From NCBI GenBank assembly GCA_033723415.1, contig JAWVXD010000002.1:128001-192000 (forward strand): DNA of 64,000 nt, read 5' to 3'. The notes beneath the pieces are model-generated. The model saw nothing but the letters and a program-made list of their open reading frames with translations. It was not told where the DNA came from and did not search any database. Shown piece after piece: positions 41,398 to 51,943 of the stretch; positions within the stretch are counted from its first letter, which is position 1, and each line of letters starts with the position of its first letter. Both the position numbers and the translations under genes were made by a program. The DNA is from Sulfurospirillaceae bacterium. Its GTDB lineage: Bacteria; Campylobacterota; Campylobacteria; Campylobacterales; Sulfurospirillaceae.

Positions 41398-42483
41398 TTA
41401 TCTTACGGCTTTTACTTTGATTCCACCAAGAAGCCTAAGTAATATATCCTGTTTTGCAACAATTATTTTCTCGTCTTTATTAACACCGTCTACTATGACA
41501 CCCTGTTCACCATTTGCCACAATCTTGATCTTTTTTGCTTTGGCCAAATCATTCTTTAGCACTAAAACATAATTTTTTCCGTTTCTATTTAGTATCGCAT
41601 CATGTGGTAGTTTAAAACCTTTGCCGTCAAAAATCACAACATCAATATTGATAGTTTGTTCACTAGCTAGACTCTCGTCTATGTTTGCCAAATATTCTAA
41701 AAGCCCATTCTTTGTCGTATTTAAAGGACTGAGAGAAAACTTTTTTTTGTTATATATGATCTCTTTTGCATGTATGCTTGCAGGAAGACTGACTAAGAGG
41801 TAACTGTTCGATCTTGCACTTATACTGATGATAGGCTTACCCATCATAGCTACATCTCCAACGTTTACAAGCTTGGTTACAGCACCGTTAATCGGTGACA
41901 ATATCTTAGTGTATGAGCGCATGTTCTCTACTGAAGCTTTATTTGCTGCAAGCTCTTTTATCTTGAATTTCAAAGTATCGATTCCGGATTTTAGCGTTTC
42001 CAAGTTTGTCACTTCTCTCTCAAACTCTTCTTGTGATGCTCCTCTAACGCTTAAAAGCTTTTGAGTTCTTTTATGTGTATTTTCTAAATTTTTTAAAGCT
42101 ATCTCTTTTGATTTTAATTGCGATTTTAGAGAAGATATATTTAGATTTAACGATTCTATTTGGGTTTTTAGCTCTTTATCATCTAATTTTGCGATCAAAT
42201 CACCTTTTTTAACAACTGTTCCGCTTGTAACTATGTATTTAATCCTTGCATTCACTCTAGAGCTTATTTTGACATCATCATTACTTTTTGTCAAAGCCAG
42301 ATAAGGAAGAGTCAAAATTGATTTTTCCTGCACGGGAGATAATGTTTTTACGTGTATTGCATATGTTATAGGTTTAGGAGTTTTAAGCTCTGCTGCTCTT
42401 TTTGCCTTTATTACCTTCATTCCTCCAACAACAATCGTACCTATTACACCTAATACAACTATAAAAGTCAACAACTTCTTCAT
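41398..42483 (-). CDS. RND periplasmic adaptor (membrane fusion protein)
   Basis: N-terminal anchor, lipoyl-like VKKGDLIAKLD, alpha-hairpin, ILSPING. Confidence 0.9.
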   Translation of the reverse strand: MKKLLTFIVVLGVIGTIVVGGMKVIKAKRAAELKTPKPITYAIHVKTLSPVQEKSILTLPYLALTKSNDDVKISSRVNARIKYIVTSGTVVKKGDLIAKLDDKELKTQIESLNLNISSLKSQLKSKEIALKNLENTHKRTQKLLSVRGASQEEFEREVTNLETLKSGIDTLKFKIKELAANKASVENMRSYTKILSPINGAVTKLVNVGDVAMMGKPIISISARSNSYLLVSLPASIHAKEIIYNKKKFSLSPLNTTKNGLLEYLANIDESLASEQTINIDVVIFDGKGFKLPHDAILNRNGKNYVLVLKNDLAKAKKIKIVANGEQGVIVDGVNKDEKIIVAKQDILLRLLGGIKVKAVR

Positions 42484-43763
42484 CTTACAACTCCTCTTAA
42501 ATCATTTCCGTATATCACTGCAAGCTTTGCTATGACTTGCCATTTTTGTGAAACTGTTTCATAATAACTTGATATCGCACTTAAAACTTTATCTTCATAA
42601 ACAAGGTAATCTTCTTCGCTCATTCTTCCCTGACTAAAGGAAAGCTTTGCAAATTTCAAAAGATCTTCTCTTTTTTGTATGTTAAGTTGTTTTAATTTTT
42701 TAGATTTCGACAGTAATATCAACTCTTTTTGTAAAGCCTTGGCTTGAGATTTTAATTCTTGCTCAGTTTTTCTGAGTTTCATTCTATCTCTCATAATCTC
42801 TACTTTTTTTAACTGCATATCAATGTCTTCACCTCTACTGTACAAAGGCATAGAGACTCCCAATCTATAATACCCATATCCTCTGTGCACGCTCTGCCCG
42901 TATAGAACATCATCTTGTGCATAGTTTTCACTCCACATAAGATCAAACGAAACTTTAGGATAGTATCTTTTTGCAAAACTTGCCTCAAAATCACTATTTG
43001 ATGCATTTATAATTTCTTGAAGAGGTTTAAGTGCAAAAATTTCACCTTTTTGGACATCTGTCACCAAGTGCATCTTTGCAGGTTTTTTTATCTCTAATCC
43101 TGTTAAATTTTCTATTGCTGAGACTAATGTTGCTTTTTTTATAAAGAGATTATTTATATTTATGTCCAATTGATTTATTTTTTCATCTATCTTATCAAGT
43201 GAAATTCCGGGCATCCTTCCTGAGTTTACGGAGATCTCTAGATCATCTCTTGTTTTTTGTAAAGATTTTTTTGTTTTTTTCAATGTTAACACTAGATTTT
43301 CCAAATATTCCAATGAAGCGTTTGCCCCCAACACTAAAGCCTCTTGTTGATAAAAATTAAGCTCTTTTTTCAATCTGGCACTTTTTGCAAGATATTTCGC
43401 TTTTTTACTTAAATCACCAAGTTCTTTTACAAAAACGGGAATATGTACTCCAACTCCTATTTGCTCGATTGTATTTGAAAAGGGAAGCGGCTCGTTCTTC
43501 GCTATTAATTTTGCTGCAGCTAGCGGATCTAACGGTCTTAGATTTGTCGCAGAATTATAATGAGTATAATTAGCAAACATGTTTGCCTCAGGATAATACC
43601 CTGCTTTGGTCTTATCTTCTGCAATATTTGCCATTTTTGAACTCAGTTCATCTATCTTTGTTGCAGGTTGTTGTTTTAGAGCTTTGAACAATTCATCCAT
43701 AGTTGTAGCGTTTAAGTTGATAACTACTATAAATGAGATCAATAGCGATAATTTTTTCATCAT
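42480..43763 (-). CDS. TolC family outer-membrane efflux protein
   Basis: Signal peptide, two YYP repeats, coiled coils; operon context. Confidence 0.87.
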   Translation of the reverse strand: MMKKLSLLISFIVVINLNATTMDELFKALKQQPATKIDELSSKMANIAEDKTKAGYYPEANMFANYTHYNSATNLRPLDPLAAAKLIAKNEPLPFSNTIEQIGVGVHIPVFVKELGDLSKKAKYLAKSARLKKELNFYQQEALVLGANASLEYLENLVLTLKKTKKSLQKTRDDLEISVNSGRMPGISLDKIDEKINQLDININNLFIKKATLVSAIENLTGLEIKKPAKMHLVTDVQKGEIFALKPLQEIINASNSDFEASFAKRYYPKVSFDLMWSENYAQDDVLYGQSVHRGYGYYRLGVSMPLYSRGEDIDMQLKKVEIMRDRMKLRKTEQELKSQAKALQKELILLSKSKKLKQLNIQKREDLLKFAKLSFSQGRMSEEDYLVYEDKVLSAISSYYETVSQKWQVIAKLAVIYGNDLRGVVR

Positions 43764-44392
43764 TAGTCCTTCAGCATTTTTGTAATTTTTCTTATTAAGT
43801 AGTCTGATATTTCAGCTATATCACAATTTGCACAAGTATCTATATTATCTATTTCTAGTGCTTTTATTCTCAAAGGTTTTGTCGTTATCACAAGATTGAT
43901 AGTGCCTATGATCATAAAATACAAGACCATAGGTACAATATCATTAAAAGAACCATCTTTTTTTCCTCTATCTAATATATCACTAAAAAGAGCAAATAAT
44001 TTTCTCATCTTATAAAATAAATTTTCTGACATCACTGAACCGCTGTTGCTTAATTCTTTTAGTAAGAGTGCAGGTAAATGTGGATTATTTGAAGCAAAGA
44101 AAGCATATGTTTTTATAAAATTTTTTAACTCCTCCATCGGATTTTTGTAATTTTGATTCTCTTTTTGAACAGTTATATATATTTCATCAATGACTGTTTC
44201 CATAACTGCTTCATATAGACCTTGTTTGTTTTTAAAATAATAAAATATCATTGCTTTGTTGAGACCGCTCATGTTCGCTAGTTCATCCATCGAACTCAGA
44301 TTAAAACCTTTTTTAGAAAAAAGTTTAATTGCGCACTCCAAAATAAGCTTTTTGGAAGCTTCAGAATCTCTTTTTTTAACAGCCTTCTCCAT
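43763..44392 (-). CDS. TetR/AcrR family repressor
   Basis: N-terminal HTH (...GLNKAMIFYYFKNKQGLY); C-terminal CANC. Confidence 0.92.
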   Translation of the reverse strand: MEKAVKKRDSEASKKLILECAIKLFSKKGFNLSSMDELANMSGLNKAMIFYYFKNKQGLYEAVMETVIDEIYITVQKENQNYKNPMEELKNFIKTYAFFASNNPHLPALLLKELSNSGSVMSENLFYKMRKLFALFSDILDRGKKDGSFNDIVPMVLYFMIIGTINLVITTKPLRIKALEIDNIDTCANCDIAEISDYLIRKITKMLKD

Positions 44393-44403
44393 TCCGTTTC
44401 CTT

Positions 44404-44425
44404 ATTAACTAACTAGATAGTTAAT
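44404..44425. promoter_or_regulatory. Putative TetR operator
   Basis: ATTAACTAACTAGATAGTTAAT, 10 of 11 palindromic pairs, between the minus-strand TATAAT (44424-44429) and the tetR start. Confidence 0.7.
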
Positions 44426-44783
44426 TATATATTTACTACTCTTAAAATCAACATAAATGATAAAAAATAAATACAACGAAGAATTAACGAGCCAATAGTA
44501 TTAGTGTAAAAATTTGAAATTCAAGAATAAAAACGCTATCATGATACTATAACAAGTATCTGAGATTATCAATGTTTAGGCACTCGAAAATGCAAGATAA
44601 ATTTAACAATATAAATAAGCTTTCCCATACTACGCATCTGCAAAACATTTAAATATCTCAAGCATATACAATATATAGAAAAAATTTAATTGCTTTAATC
44701 TACTTCTAAATGCAAATAATTCTTATTGACTATTATTTTTTATTTAGATAGAATTTTAGTAGAATTAAAATAAAGGAGTACAG

Positions 44784-45431
44784 ATGAAACAGTACGAAAC
44801 ATACAAATGTAACGTTTGTGGGAATGAAGTAGAAGTTCAAAATGTTGGTGGAGGAACACTTGTTTGTTGCGGTAAAAACATGGAGTGTACTACAAAAGAT
44901 TTGACAGCAGTAAATCTTATGAAAGCATTTGCAGGTGAAAGTCAAGCTAGAAATAAGTATGAATTTTTCGGAGAACTGGCTCGTGAGGCTGGTTGGCATT
45001 CTATAGCTGATCATTTTATGGAAGCAGCTACTAATGAAAAATATCATGCAAAAGCAGAGTATGAGGCTTACAACAAACTAGTTTACGGCATAGAGATGCA
45101 CGAAACGCTCAAGAATCTTGATATGGCGATCGAAGGCGAGCATTATGAGCATACCGAGATGTATCCAAATTTTGCTGCTATTGCCGAAGAAGAAGGACAC
45201 AAAGACATAGCTCGTTTACTAAAAGCCATAGCAAAAGTAGAAATAGAACATGAGAGAGAATATGCTGAACTTAAGAAAGTACTTGAAGAAGAAGGATTTT
45301 TCGACAGTACAGAAGATGAATTTTGGGTTTGCGAAATATGCGGACATGTACACAGAGGCAAGAAAGCTCCTAAAGCATGCCCTCTTTGTAAAGCGCCTCA
45401 GGAATATTTTCAAAGACAGCATTTGTATTAA
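44784..45431 (+). CDS. Desulforubrerythrin (desulforedoxin-rubrerythrin-rubredoxin fusion, Rrc-like)
   Basis: CNVCGN...LVCCG, FAGESQA, EKYH and EIEH diiron motifs, CEICGH...CPLC. Confidence 0.9.
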   Translation: MKQYETYKCNVCGNEVEVQNVGGGTLVCCGKNMECTTKDLTAVNLMKAFAGESQARNKYEFFGELAREAGWHSIADHFMEAATNEKYHAKAEYEAYNKLVYGIEMHETLKNLDMAIEGEHYEHTEMYPNFAAIAEEEGHKDIARLLKAIAKVEIEHEREYAELKKVLEEEGFFDSTEDEFWVCEICGHVHRGKKAPKACPLCKAPQEYFQRQHLY

Positions 45432-45438
45432 CAACTTG

Positions 45439-45464
45439 GTATTTGCTGAGTTTTCGGCAAATAC
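45439..45464 (+). other. Intra-operon stem-loop
   Basis: GTATTTGCTGA-GTTT-TCGGCAAATAC. Confidence 0.5.
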
Positions 45465-45487
45465 TCAACCTTTAAAAGGATGATATC

Positions 45488-46003
45488 ATGGCAAAAAGAG
45501 GAATATCTATACTAAGAGGAATCGAAGCCGAGGAGGTCGTCAAACTTTTAAATAAAGCCTATGCTGACGAATGGCTGGCTTATTACCAATATTTTATTGA
45601 AGCAAAAGTTGTCAAAGGGATCATGAAAGATGCCGCGATCGCTGAGTTGACTCAACACGCAGCTGATGAATTGCGTCATGCGACTATGGTGAGTGATCGC
45701 ATCCTACAACTTGGGGGCACGCCGCTTCTACATCCAAAAGATTGGCTAGCTCAAACAAACTGTGGCTATGATGCCCCGGAAGATGCAAACGTTTTACCTA
45801 TTTTAGAACAAGCTATCAAAGGTGAACAGTGTGCTATTGGCATCTACTCAAAACTTACAGATATAACGCGTGAAAAAGATATAGTCACCTATGATATGGT
45901 ATCTCAAATATTAGCTGACGAAGTGGAACATGAAGAAGATCTTCAAGCTCTTTATGATGATATTCACGAGTTTATAGCTGAAGTTAAAAAAAATATCAAA
46001 TAA
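45488..46003 (+). CDS. Ferritin-like DPSL (Dps-like/bacterioferritin-related) protein
   Basis: LNKAYADEWLAYYQY, DELRHA, EQCAI, DEVEHE; paired cysteines (TNCGY/EQCAI). Confidence 0.85.
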   Translation: MAKRGISILRGIEAEEVVKLLNKAYADEWLAYYQYFIEAKVVKGIMKDAAIAELTQHAADELRHATMVSDRILQLGGTPLLHPKDWLAQTNCGYDAPEDANVLPILEQAIKGEQCAIGIYSKLTDITREKDIVTYDMVSQILADEVEHEEDLQALYDDIHEFIAEVKKNIK

Positions 46004-46007
46004 ATAC

Positions 46008-46038
46008 CAAGGGAGAAGTGAAGACGACTTCTCCTTTG
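46008..46038. terminator. Probable bidirectional terminator
   Basis: GGAGAAGT...ACTTCTCC stem between convergent DPSL and amt. Confidence 0.6.
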
Positions 46039-46046
46039 AAGAATAT

Positions 46047-47219
46047 TTATTTTATAAACTCAGGATATGCTTCAACTCCACACTCTTCCAAATCAAGTCC
46101 CTCATATTCATGTTCCTCATCACTTCTAAGCCCTATTAGCTTTTTGATTATATAAAATACGACAAAAGAAAAAGTAAAAGTAAAAACACCTATTACAACT
46201 ACTCCTTTAAATTGAGTCATAAATGACACATTTGAAAAAATAGAAACTGCCAGTGTTCCCCAGATACCGTTTATAAGATGAACCGAAAGAGCACCTACAG
46301 GGTCATCAATTTTAAGTTTGTCAAACAAAGGAACAGCATATATGACTAATCCTCCGCCAACGGCACCTATAACGATCGGCTCCCAAAGTCCGAAAAGATC
46401 AGCTCCGGCCGTAATCGCTACAAGTCCGCCTAAGGCACCGTTTAGAATCATAGTAATATCTAGTTTTTTATATTGCATATATACTATAATGGTAGCTGTG
46501 ATCGCTCCGGCAAGTCCTGCAGTATTTGTATTGACTATAATTAATCCAACTAAATCGGCAGCAGATTTTGATGATATATGAAATGCACTTCCACCGTTGA
46601 ATCCAAACCAGCCGATCCAAAGAAGAAGTCCACCTAGCGTAACCAATGGAATATTTGATGCAGGAATCGGTTTGATTTTACCATCTGCCGCATACTTGCC
46701 TTTTCTAGGTCCTAAAACTATTATAGCCGCTAGTAGTGCCCATCCTCCGACTGAGTGAATCACACTGCTTCCTGCAAGATCATGCATATCTTTTAAAAAT
46801 CCTCCGCCCCATGTCCATTTTCCGACCATAGGATATATAAATCCGCTCATGATAATCGCAAATGTCATAAATGGGAGTATTCGGATTCGCTCACTAACAC
46901 CGCCACTCATTATGGAAACTGTTTTACTAACAAAAGCCATTTGAAAAAAGAAAAATGCAAAACCGCTATATCCCACTACTTGAACGCCTTTTAGGAAAAA
47001 ACCGCTGCCGTTGAACATGAGATTATATCCCCAGATTAAATATACGAATGAACAAACAGCATATAAAAGAACATTGCCTGTTAGTACGGCCGTTACATTT
47101 TTTGTTCTAACTAATCCAGCCTCTAACATTGAAAAACCCGGAGCCATAAATATAATAAGTACGGCTGAGAAAATTAGAAATAGTGAATCTATAGCATATT
47201 TTAAGTCTACTGTCTCCAT
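46047..47219 (-). CDS. amt: Ammonium transporter
   Basis: DLAGSSVIH, LLWIGWFGFNGGS, DDPVGALSVH (both pore His present). Confidence 0.93.
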   Translation of the reverse strand: METVDLKYAIDSLFLIFSAVLIIFMAPGFSMLEAGLVRTKNVTAVLTGNVLLYAVCSFVYLIWGYNLMFNGSGFFLKGVQVVGYSGFAFFFFQMAFVSKTVSIMSGGVSERIRILPFMTFAIIMSGFIYPMVGKWTWGGGFLKDMHDLAGSSVIHSVGGWALLAAIIVLGPRKGKYAADGKIKPIPASNIPLVTLGGLLLWIGWFGFNGGSAFHISSKSAADLVGLIIVNTNTAGLAGAITATIIVYMQYKKLDITMILNGALGGLVAITAGADLFGLWEPIVIGAVGGGLVIYAVPLFDKLKIDDPVGALSVHLINGIWGTLAVSIFSNVSFMTQFKGVVVIGVFTFTFSFVVFYIIKKLIGLRSDEEHEYEGLDLEECGVEAYPEFIK

Positions 47220-47313
47220 AGGTATACCTTTGCAAAATTTTCTTATATTTTACAATATTTGTATGGATTATTGTGAGTAAAAATTAAGCAGTTTTATTAA
47301 ATATTACTTAAAA

Positions 47314-47343
47314 TGCAGAAATACAGATATCTGTATTTCTGCA
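47314..47343 (-). terminator. Perfect 30-bp palindrome; probable terminator after glnB
   Basis: TGCAGAAATACAGATATCTGTATTTCTGCA followed by TTTT on the minus strand. Confidence 0.7.
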
Positions 47344-47352
47344 AAATTATAT

Positions 47353-47691
<339 letters not shown>

Positions 47692-47798
47692 TCATATACT
47701 CCTTGAGTTTTTTTTATTGTATCTATTTTTTTATAAGTTTACTATCTGTTTTTGAACATTAAATATACAAATTAATAAATTTTAACTTAATTAAAATT

Positions 47799-48470
47799 TT
47801 AATTATTCATTTTAGATATTAATCTCTTGTTTGTAAATTTATACATTTTATTTTTTAACTTTTCCAAAATACCTGCTTTTATCAACTGTTTAAACATTCC
47901 GACAACAGTAGGTTTACTTACGTTTATATTGTCCATGATATCTTGGTAAGAGCCGTTAAATACATGATCTTCATCCAAATTGTTCATAATATATTTTAGT
48001 ATTTCTATTTTTTTACCGCCGACCAATGCAGACAGACTCTCAACTATAGATGAACAATCTTCCAATTCCTTTTTTTGTAAAATCGGTAGAACAATATTGT
48101 ACATAGAAGTAACCAATTCTCGTATATTTATTGGTTTCATGACAAACCCTTCTACTCGAAGTTTCACTGCATCAAGTAAATAATCTGTTTCAGTAAATGC
48201 TGTTGTAATTATGACAGGAGTCATATTTTTATCTTCAAATCTTAACTTTTTTAACATTTCAATGCCGTTTAAATTTGGCATCGTTATATCTGTTATGATC
48301 AAGTCAACATTTCTCTCCGAAAGAATTTTCAAACCTTCTTCTCCATCATTGGCTACTACGACTTCTTTTACAAAATCACCCAAAATCATTTTGGTTTGAT
48401 TTTGAACAGAGATATCGTCTTCTACATAAAGTACCACGCAATCTTTAAGACTATTTAGATCCATAATCAT
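47799..48470 (-). CDS. Response regulator, receiver domain plus atypical winged-helix output
   Basis: VEDD, ITDITMP, TAF, KP; C-terminal SYQDIMDNINVSKPTVVGMFKQLIKAGIL HTH. Confidence 0.88.
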   Translation of the reverse strand: MIMDLNSLKDCVVLYVEDDISVQNQTKMILGDFVKEVVVANDGEEGLKILSERNVDLIITDITMPNLNGIEMLKKLRFEDKNMTPVIITTAFTETDYLLDAVKLRVEGFVMKPINIRELVTSMYNIVLPILQKKELEDCSSIVESLSALVGGKKIEILKYIMNNLDEDHVFNGSYQDIMDNINVSKPTVVGMFKQLIKAGILEKLKNKMYKFTNKRLISKMNN

Positions 48471-50073
48471 TACCTCCCTTTAACGGTAAACTTATTTTTA
48501 TATTTGTACATTTTTCATATTTCCCAAAGCCGGTAAAAGAATGAGAAATATTTTCTGCGACTATCTTGCCATTCATTTGTTTTTCTATAATTTGTTGTGA
48601 CATATAAAGGCCAATTCCTGTTCCTGAAGACTTGTGCTTCGTTGTAAAATAAGGCTCAAAAATTCTATCAAGCACATCTTTTTTGATGCCCCCTCCATTG
48701 TCGATAACGTCAACATAACCATATATATCATCCGTATTTACTACGACTTCTATCAGTTTTTCTTCTAGATCAGACTCTTTTAAAGCATCTTTTGAATTTG
48801 AAAATAGATTTATTATAACTTGGGAGAATTCATTTGGAAATCCCATGATCTCAAAATCGTTTAAAGTTGTCAGAATAATATTTATCTTGTCTCTCTTATA
48901 ATAACCGCCGATAATCTCGATACTCTTCTGAATAGATTTTTCTATGCTAAATAATGTTTTCTGTTTATTTGGATTGAAAAAATTTCTAAAATCATCTATA
49001 GTTTTAGACATATTTTCTGCCAGCATCAAGCCTTCTTTTACTTGGGCATCTATAAACTCTTCAGAAAGTGTACCGTTGAGCATTTTTTTTGTCTGAAAAC
49101 TTTGTATAACTAATCCAAGAGCATTTAGAGGTTGTCTCCATTGATGTGCAATGTTGCCGATCATTTCTCCCATGGCAGCATGTCTGGATTGGCGTATCAT
49201 GATCTCATCTTTTTGGCGAGATGATTCGATGCCCTGATTGATTTTGAGCTCAAGATTACGATTCAATTCTTGTAATTCTTCTGTTTTTTCATCTACCATA
49301 TTTGCTAGATTTTCATGCAATAACCTAATGTTTTGAAGTATAACTATGGCAATGAGTGCTGCTACAAAAATCGTACCAATAGTTCCTGCGACTATCCACT
49401 CAAAAGTCGTCTTATAGACTTGATTTGTCTTTTCTTTGTCTTGTACTGAAGCTTCAAGATTAATATTGATGAGTTGCGTCAAATCAATATTTACAGAATA
49501 CACAGCCGGATATAGCTGACTTTTTAATATTTCATATGCTTGTTTTTTATTGTCGTTCTTAAATAAAATAAACATATCAGTCAAGATACTATCTATATAA
49601 TCGATTTTTTTATCTACTTTTGCTGCTAAAAAGTACTCGTCACTTGTGGTAGCCTGATTATTATTTTTAACTCTGCCTATATAAAAAAAATCTAATAATT
49701 TATCAATAAAACTATCGTTTTTAGTTGTCATGCCAAGCTTATAATCTTTCCAATCTCTTCTGATTAGATCTTGAGCTAGGAAGACAACATCTTCTCCTTG
49801 TTTATAGGCAATCAGATTTCTTTCCATATCCCTCAAAGTATCTAGAATATTTACACTGTATATGTCTTTTAACTTTTCTAAGCTTGCTATCGGAAGCATT
49901 CTTTTTGCATAAATAACATTATAGTTATCCATGATTCTGTTCAAGCTTATGTGCGAAAAGCTCCCTATGAAAAGCATCCCTGCAACCATAACTAAGAACA
50001 ATAAACTAGTCTTTTTTTCTACGGTCATATCATTTATTTTGACGATAAAATCGTACATTGGCTTATTTTTCAT
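48451..50073 (-). CDS. Sensor histidine kinase with periplasmic four-helix-bundle (MCP-type) domain
   Basis: Two TM, IAHQWRQPL H-box, NSKDA, DNGGG, FEPYFTTK, GTGIGL. Confidence 0.92.
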   Translation of the reverse strand: MKNKPMYDFIVKINDMTVEKKTSLLFLVMVAGMLFIGSFSHISLNRIMDNYNVIYAKRMLPIASLEKLKDIYSVNILDTLRDMERNLIAYKQGEDVVFLAQDLIRRDWKDYKLGMTTKNDSFIDKLLDFFYIGRVKNNNQATTSDEYFLAAKVDKKIDYIDSILTDMFILFKNDNKKQAYEILKSQLYPAVYSVNIDLTQLININLEASVQDKEKTNQVYKTTFEWIVAGTIGTIFVAALIAIVILQNIRLLHENLANMVDEKTEELQELNRNLELKINQGIESSRQKDEIMIRQSRHAAMGEMIGNIAHQWRQPLNALGLVIQSFQTKKMLNGTLSEEFIDAQVKEGLMLAENMSKTIDDFRNFFNPNKQKTLFSIEKSIQKSIEIIGGYYKRDKINIILTTLNDFEIMGFPNEFSQVIINLFSNSKDALKESDLEEKLIEVVVNTDDIYGYVDVIDNGGGIKKDVLDRIFEPYFTTKHKSSGTGIGLYMSQQIIEKQMNGKIVAENISHSFTGFGKYEKCTNIKISLPLKGGNDYGSK

Positions 50074-51217
50074 GTATCAACTTAAATTTGCCATCAATAT
50101 ATTGGCTTATCAATACTAACCGTAAACAAGGACATTTGACCGATACCGTACTTGAACAGGTATTATTTTTAATATCTTTTGACAATTTTTCCATTTCTCT
50201 TATAAAATCCGATTTTCTAAAATTTTTTCCTACGGCTTTAAAAACTTCTGCAGTCATCTCAGCAGCAAAATAACCCTCTAGTGAAACATATCCTAACTGT
50301 TTTTCAGGGAAGTACTTAGACATGAGTTCTCTATACTTTTCAACTTCTTTTTCTTTAGATGTCCAAGGAGTAGGAACAACTTGTGAGAAAAATACGTTTT
50401 TAACATTTTTATTAAGAGTCTCAACCAACAATTTTGGACTGATGAAAGAGAGAACGCCAAAATCTATATTTTTGATTATTTTGTCATTTTTTCTCGCTCT
50501 TTTTATAAATTCGGCTACAGGCATCGTAGTTCCAACCAAGATAATCGCCTCAGGTCTAGTTAGACTTATCTCATATAAAGCATTGCCTACAGAGAGTGTG
50601 TTTCTCTTATAACTTCCTTCTCCAATAATTTTCAAATTTCTTTTGTCTAGTGCTTTTCTTATACCTCTAAGACCGCTTCTTCCATAACTATCATTTTGAT
50701 AAAATACAGCTATTCTAGTAAGTTTTTTTTGATCTACAAAAAATTTTACTAAATTTTCTGTTTCTGCTTCATAACCTGCTCTCGCATTTAAGATAAGAGG
50801 ATTGGGAGGTTCTCGTAAAAAATCTGCTCCGGAAAAAGTACCTAAAAGGGGAATATTATTATCAATTGCAATTGGCAGTATTGCTCTTGAAGTCGGAGTT
50901 CCGATGATACCAAAAAAAGCAAAAATTTTATCTTTTTTTATCAAATTTTTGGCATTTTCAATAGCAAGATTCGGCTCGTATCTATCGTCTTTTGCGATAA
51001 TTTTGATAGGTCTTCCGTATATCCCACCTTTGTCATTGATATCATTAAAATATGCCATAGCACCGGTAAGCATATCGTCGCCTAAGTTACTTTTATTTCC
51101 GGAAAACGGTCCGCTCATCCCAAGGCGAATTTCTTTATCGTTGAATTTTCCTTGTGAAAAATAAAAAGATAACAAAATAACAATAAATACAATAATTGCA
51201 GAGACAATTTTATTCAT
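50063..51217 (-). CDS. Type I periplasmic binding protein (LivJ-like), with no adjacent ABC permease
   Basis: GMSGPFSG, GGIYGRPI...DDRYEP, IGTPT, YQNDSYG. Confidence 0.88.
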   Translation of the reverse strand: MNKIVSAIIVFIVILLSFYFSQGKFNDKEIRLGMSGPFSGNKSNLGDDMLTGAMAYFNDINDKGGIYGRPIKIIAKDDRYEPNLAIENAKNLIKKDKIFAFFGIIGTPTSRAILPIAIDNNIPLLGTFSGADFLREPPNPLILNARAGYEAETENLVKFFVDQKKLTRIAVFYQNDSYGRSGLRGIRKALDKRNLKIIGEGSYKRNTLSVGNALYEISLTRPEAIILVGTTMPVAEFIKRARKNDKIIKNIDFGVLSFISPKLLVETLNKNVKNVFFSQVVPTPWTSKEKEVEKYRELMSKYFPEKQLGYVSLEGYFAAEMTAEVFKAVGKNFRKSDFIREMEKLSKDIKNNTCSSTVSVKCPCLRLVLISQYIDGKFKLIHEK

Positions 51218-51298
51218 AATGGATATAATATCATTTAGTTTTTATAAAATAGCTTAAATAAGTAAATAAAACTTAACTAAGGATAATTAAGATAACAA

Positions 51299-51943
51299 AT
51301 GAAGTGCAATATATGTAAAACTCTCACAAAGAAAATAATTGATGACAAAATGAGCAAGCTATACCATCAATGTAGCAATTGTGAGACAATTTGGCTTGAC
51401 AACGGCTTTTTCGTTGATAAAACAAAAGAAAAAATGCAATACGAAAATCACAATAATAGTTTTGAAAGTACAGGTTATGTAAAAATGTTTGAAGATTTTT
51501 TGAATTATTTTTGGCAAGATTTACCAAATAATTATACTGATGCTTTTGATTTTGGCTCAGGTCCGGGTCCGGTTTTAGCTGAAATCTTAAAACAACGAGG
51601 ATTAAATGTTGATTGTTATGATAAATTTTATCAACCATTCAAGATATATGAAAATAAGAAGTACGATCTTATCACCTCAACGGAAGTTTTTGAACATATC
51701 CAAAATCCGCTAGAAACTCTAAAACTATTTAAAGATCATCTAAAACAAGATGGACTCATCTCTATCATGACACTTTTTCACAAAAACGATACTGAAGAAT
51801 TTTTAAATTGGTGGTACAGAAGGGATCCCACACATATCTCTTTTTATACACCTCATTCATTTGAAGTAATGGCTCATATGTGTGGGCTTAAAGTCATAAA
51901 ACACGACAATAAGAGGGTTATAATTCTTACTTCTTTAGAGTAG
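51299..51943 (+). CDS. Class I SAM-dependent methyltransferase with N-terminal Zn-ribbon
   Basis: CNIC...CSNC, FDFGSGPG, TEVFEH, DPTHISFY. Confidence 0.87.
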   Translation: MKCNICKTLTKKIIDDKMSKLYHQCSNCETIWLDNGFFVDKTKEKMQYENHNNSFESTGYVKMFEDFLNYFWQDLPNNYTDAFDFGSGPGPVLAEILKQRGLNVDCYDKFYQPFKIYENKKYDLITSTEVFEHIQNPLETLKLFKDHLKQDGLISIMTLFHKNDTEEFLNWWYRRDPTHISFYTPHSFEVMAHMCGLKVIKHDNKRVIILTSLE

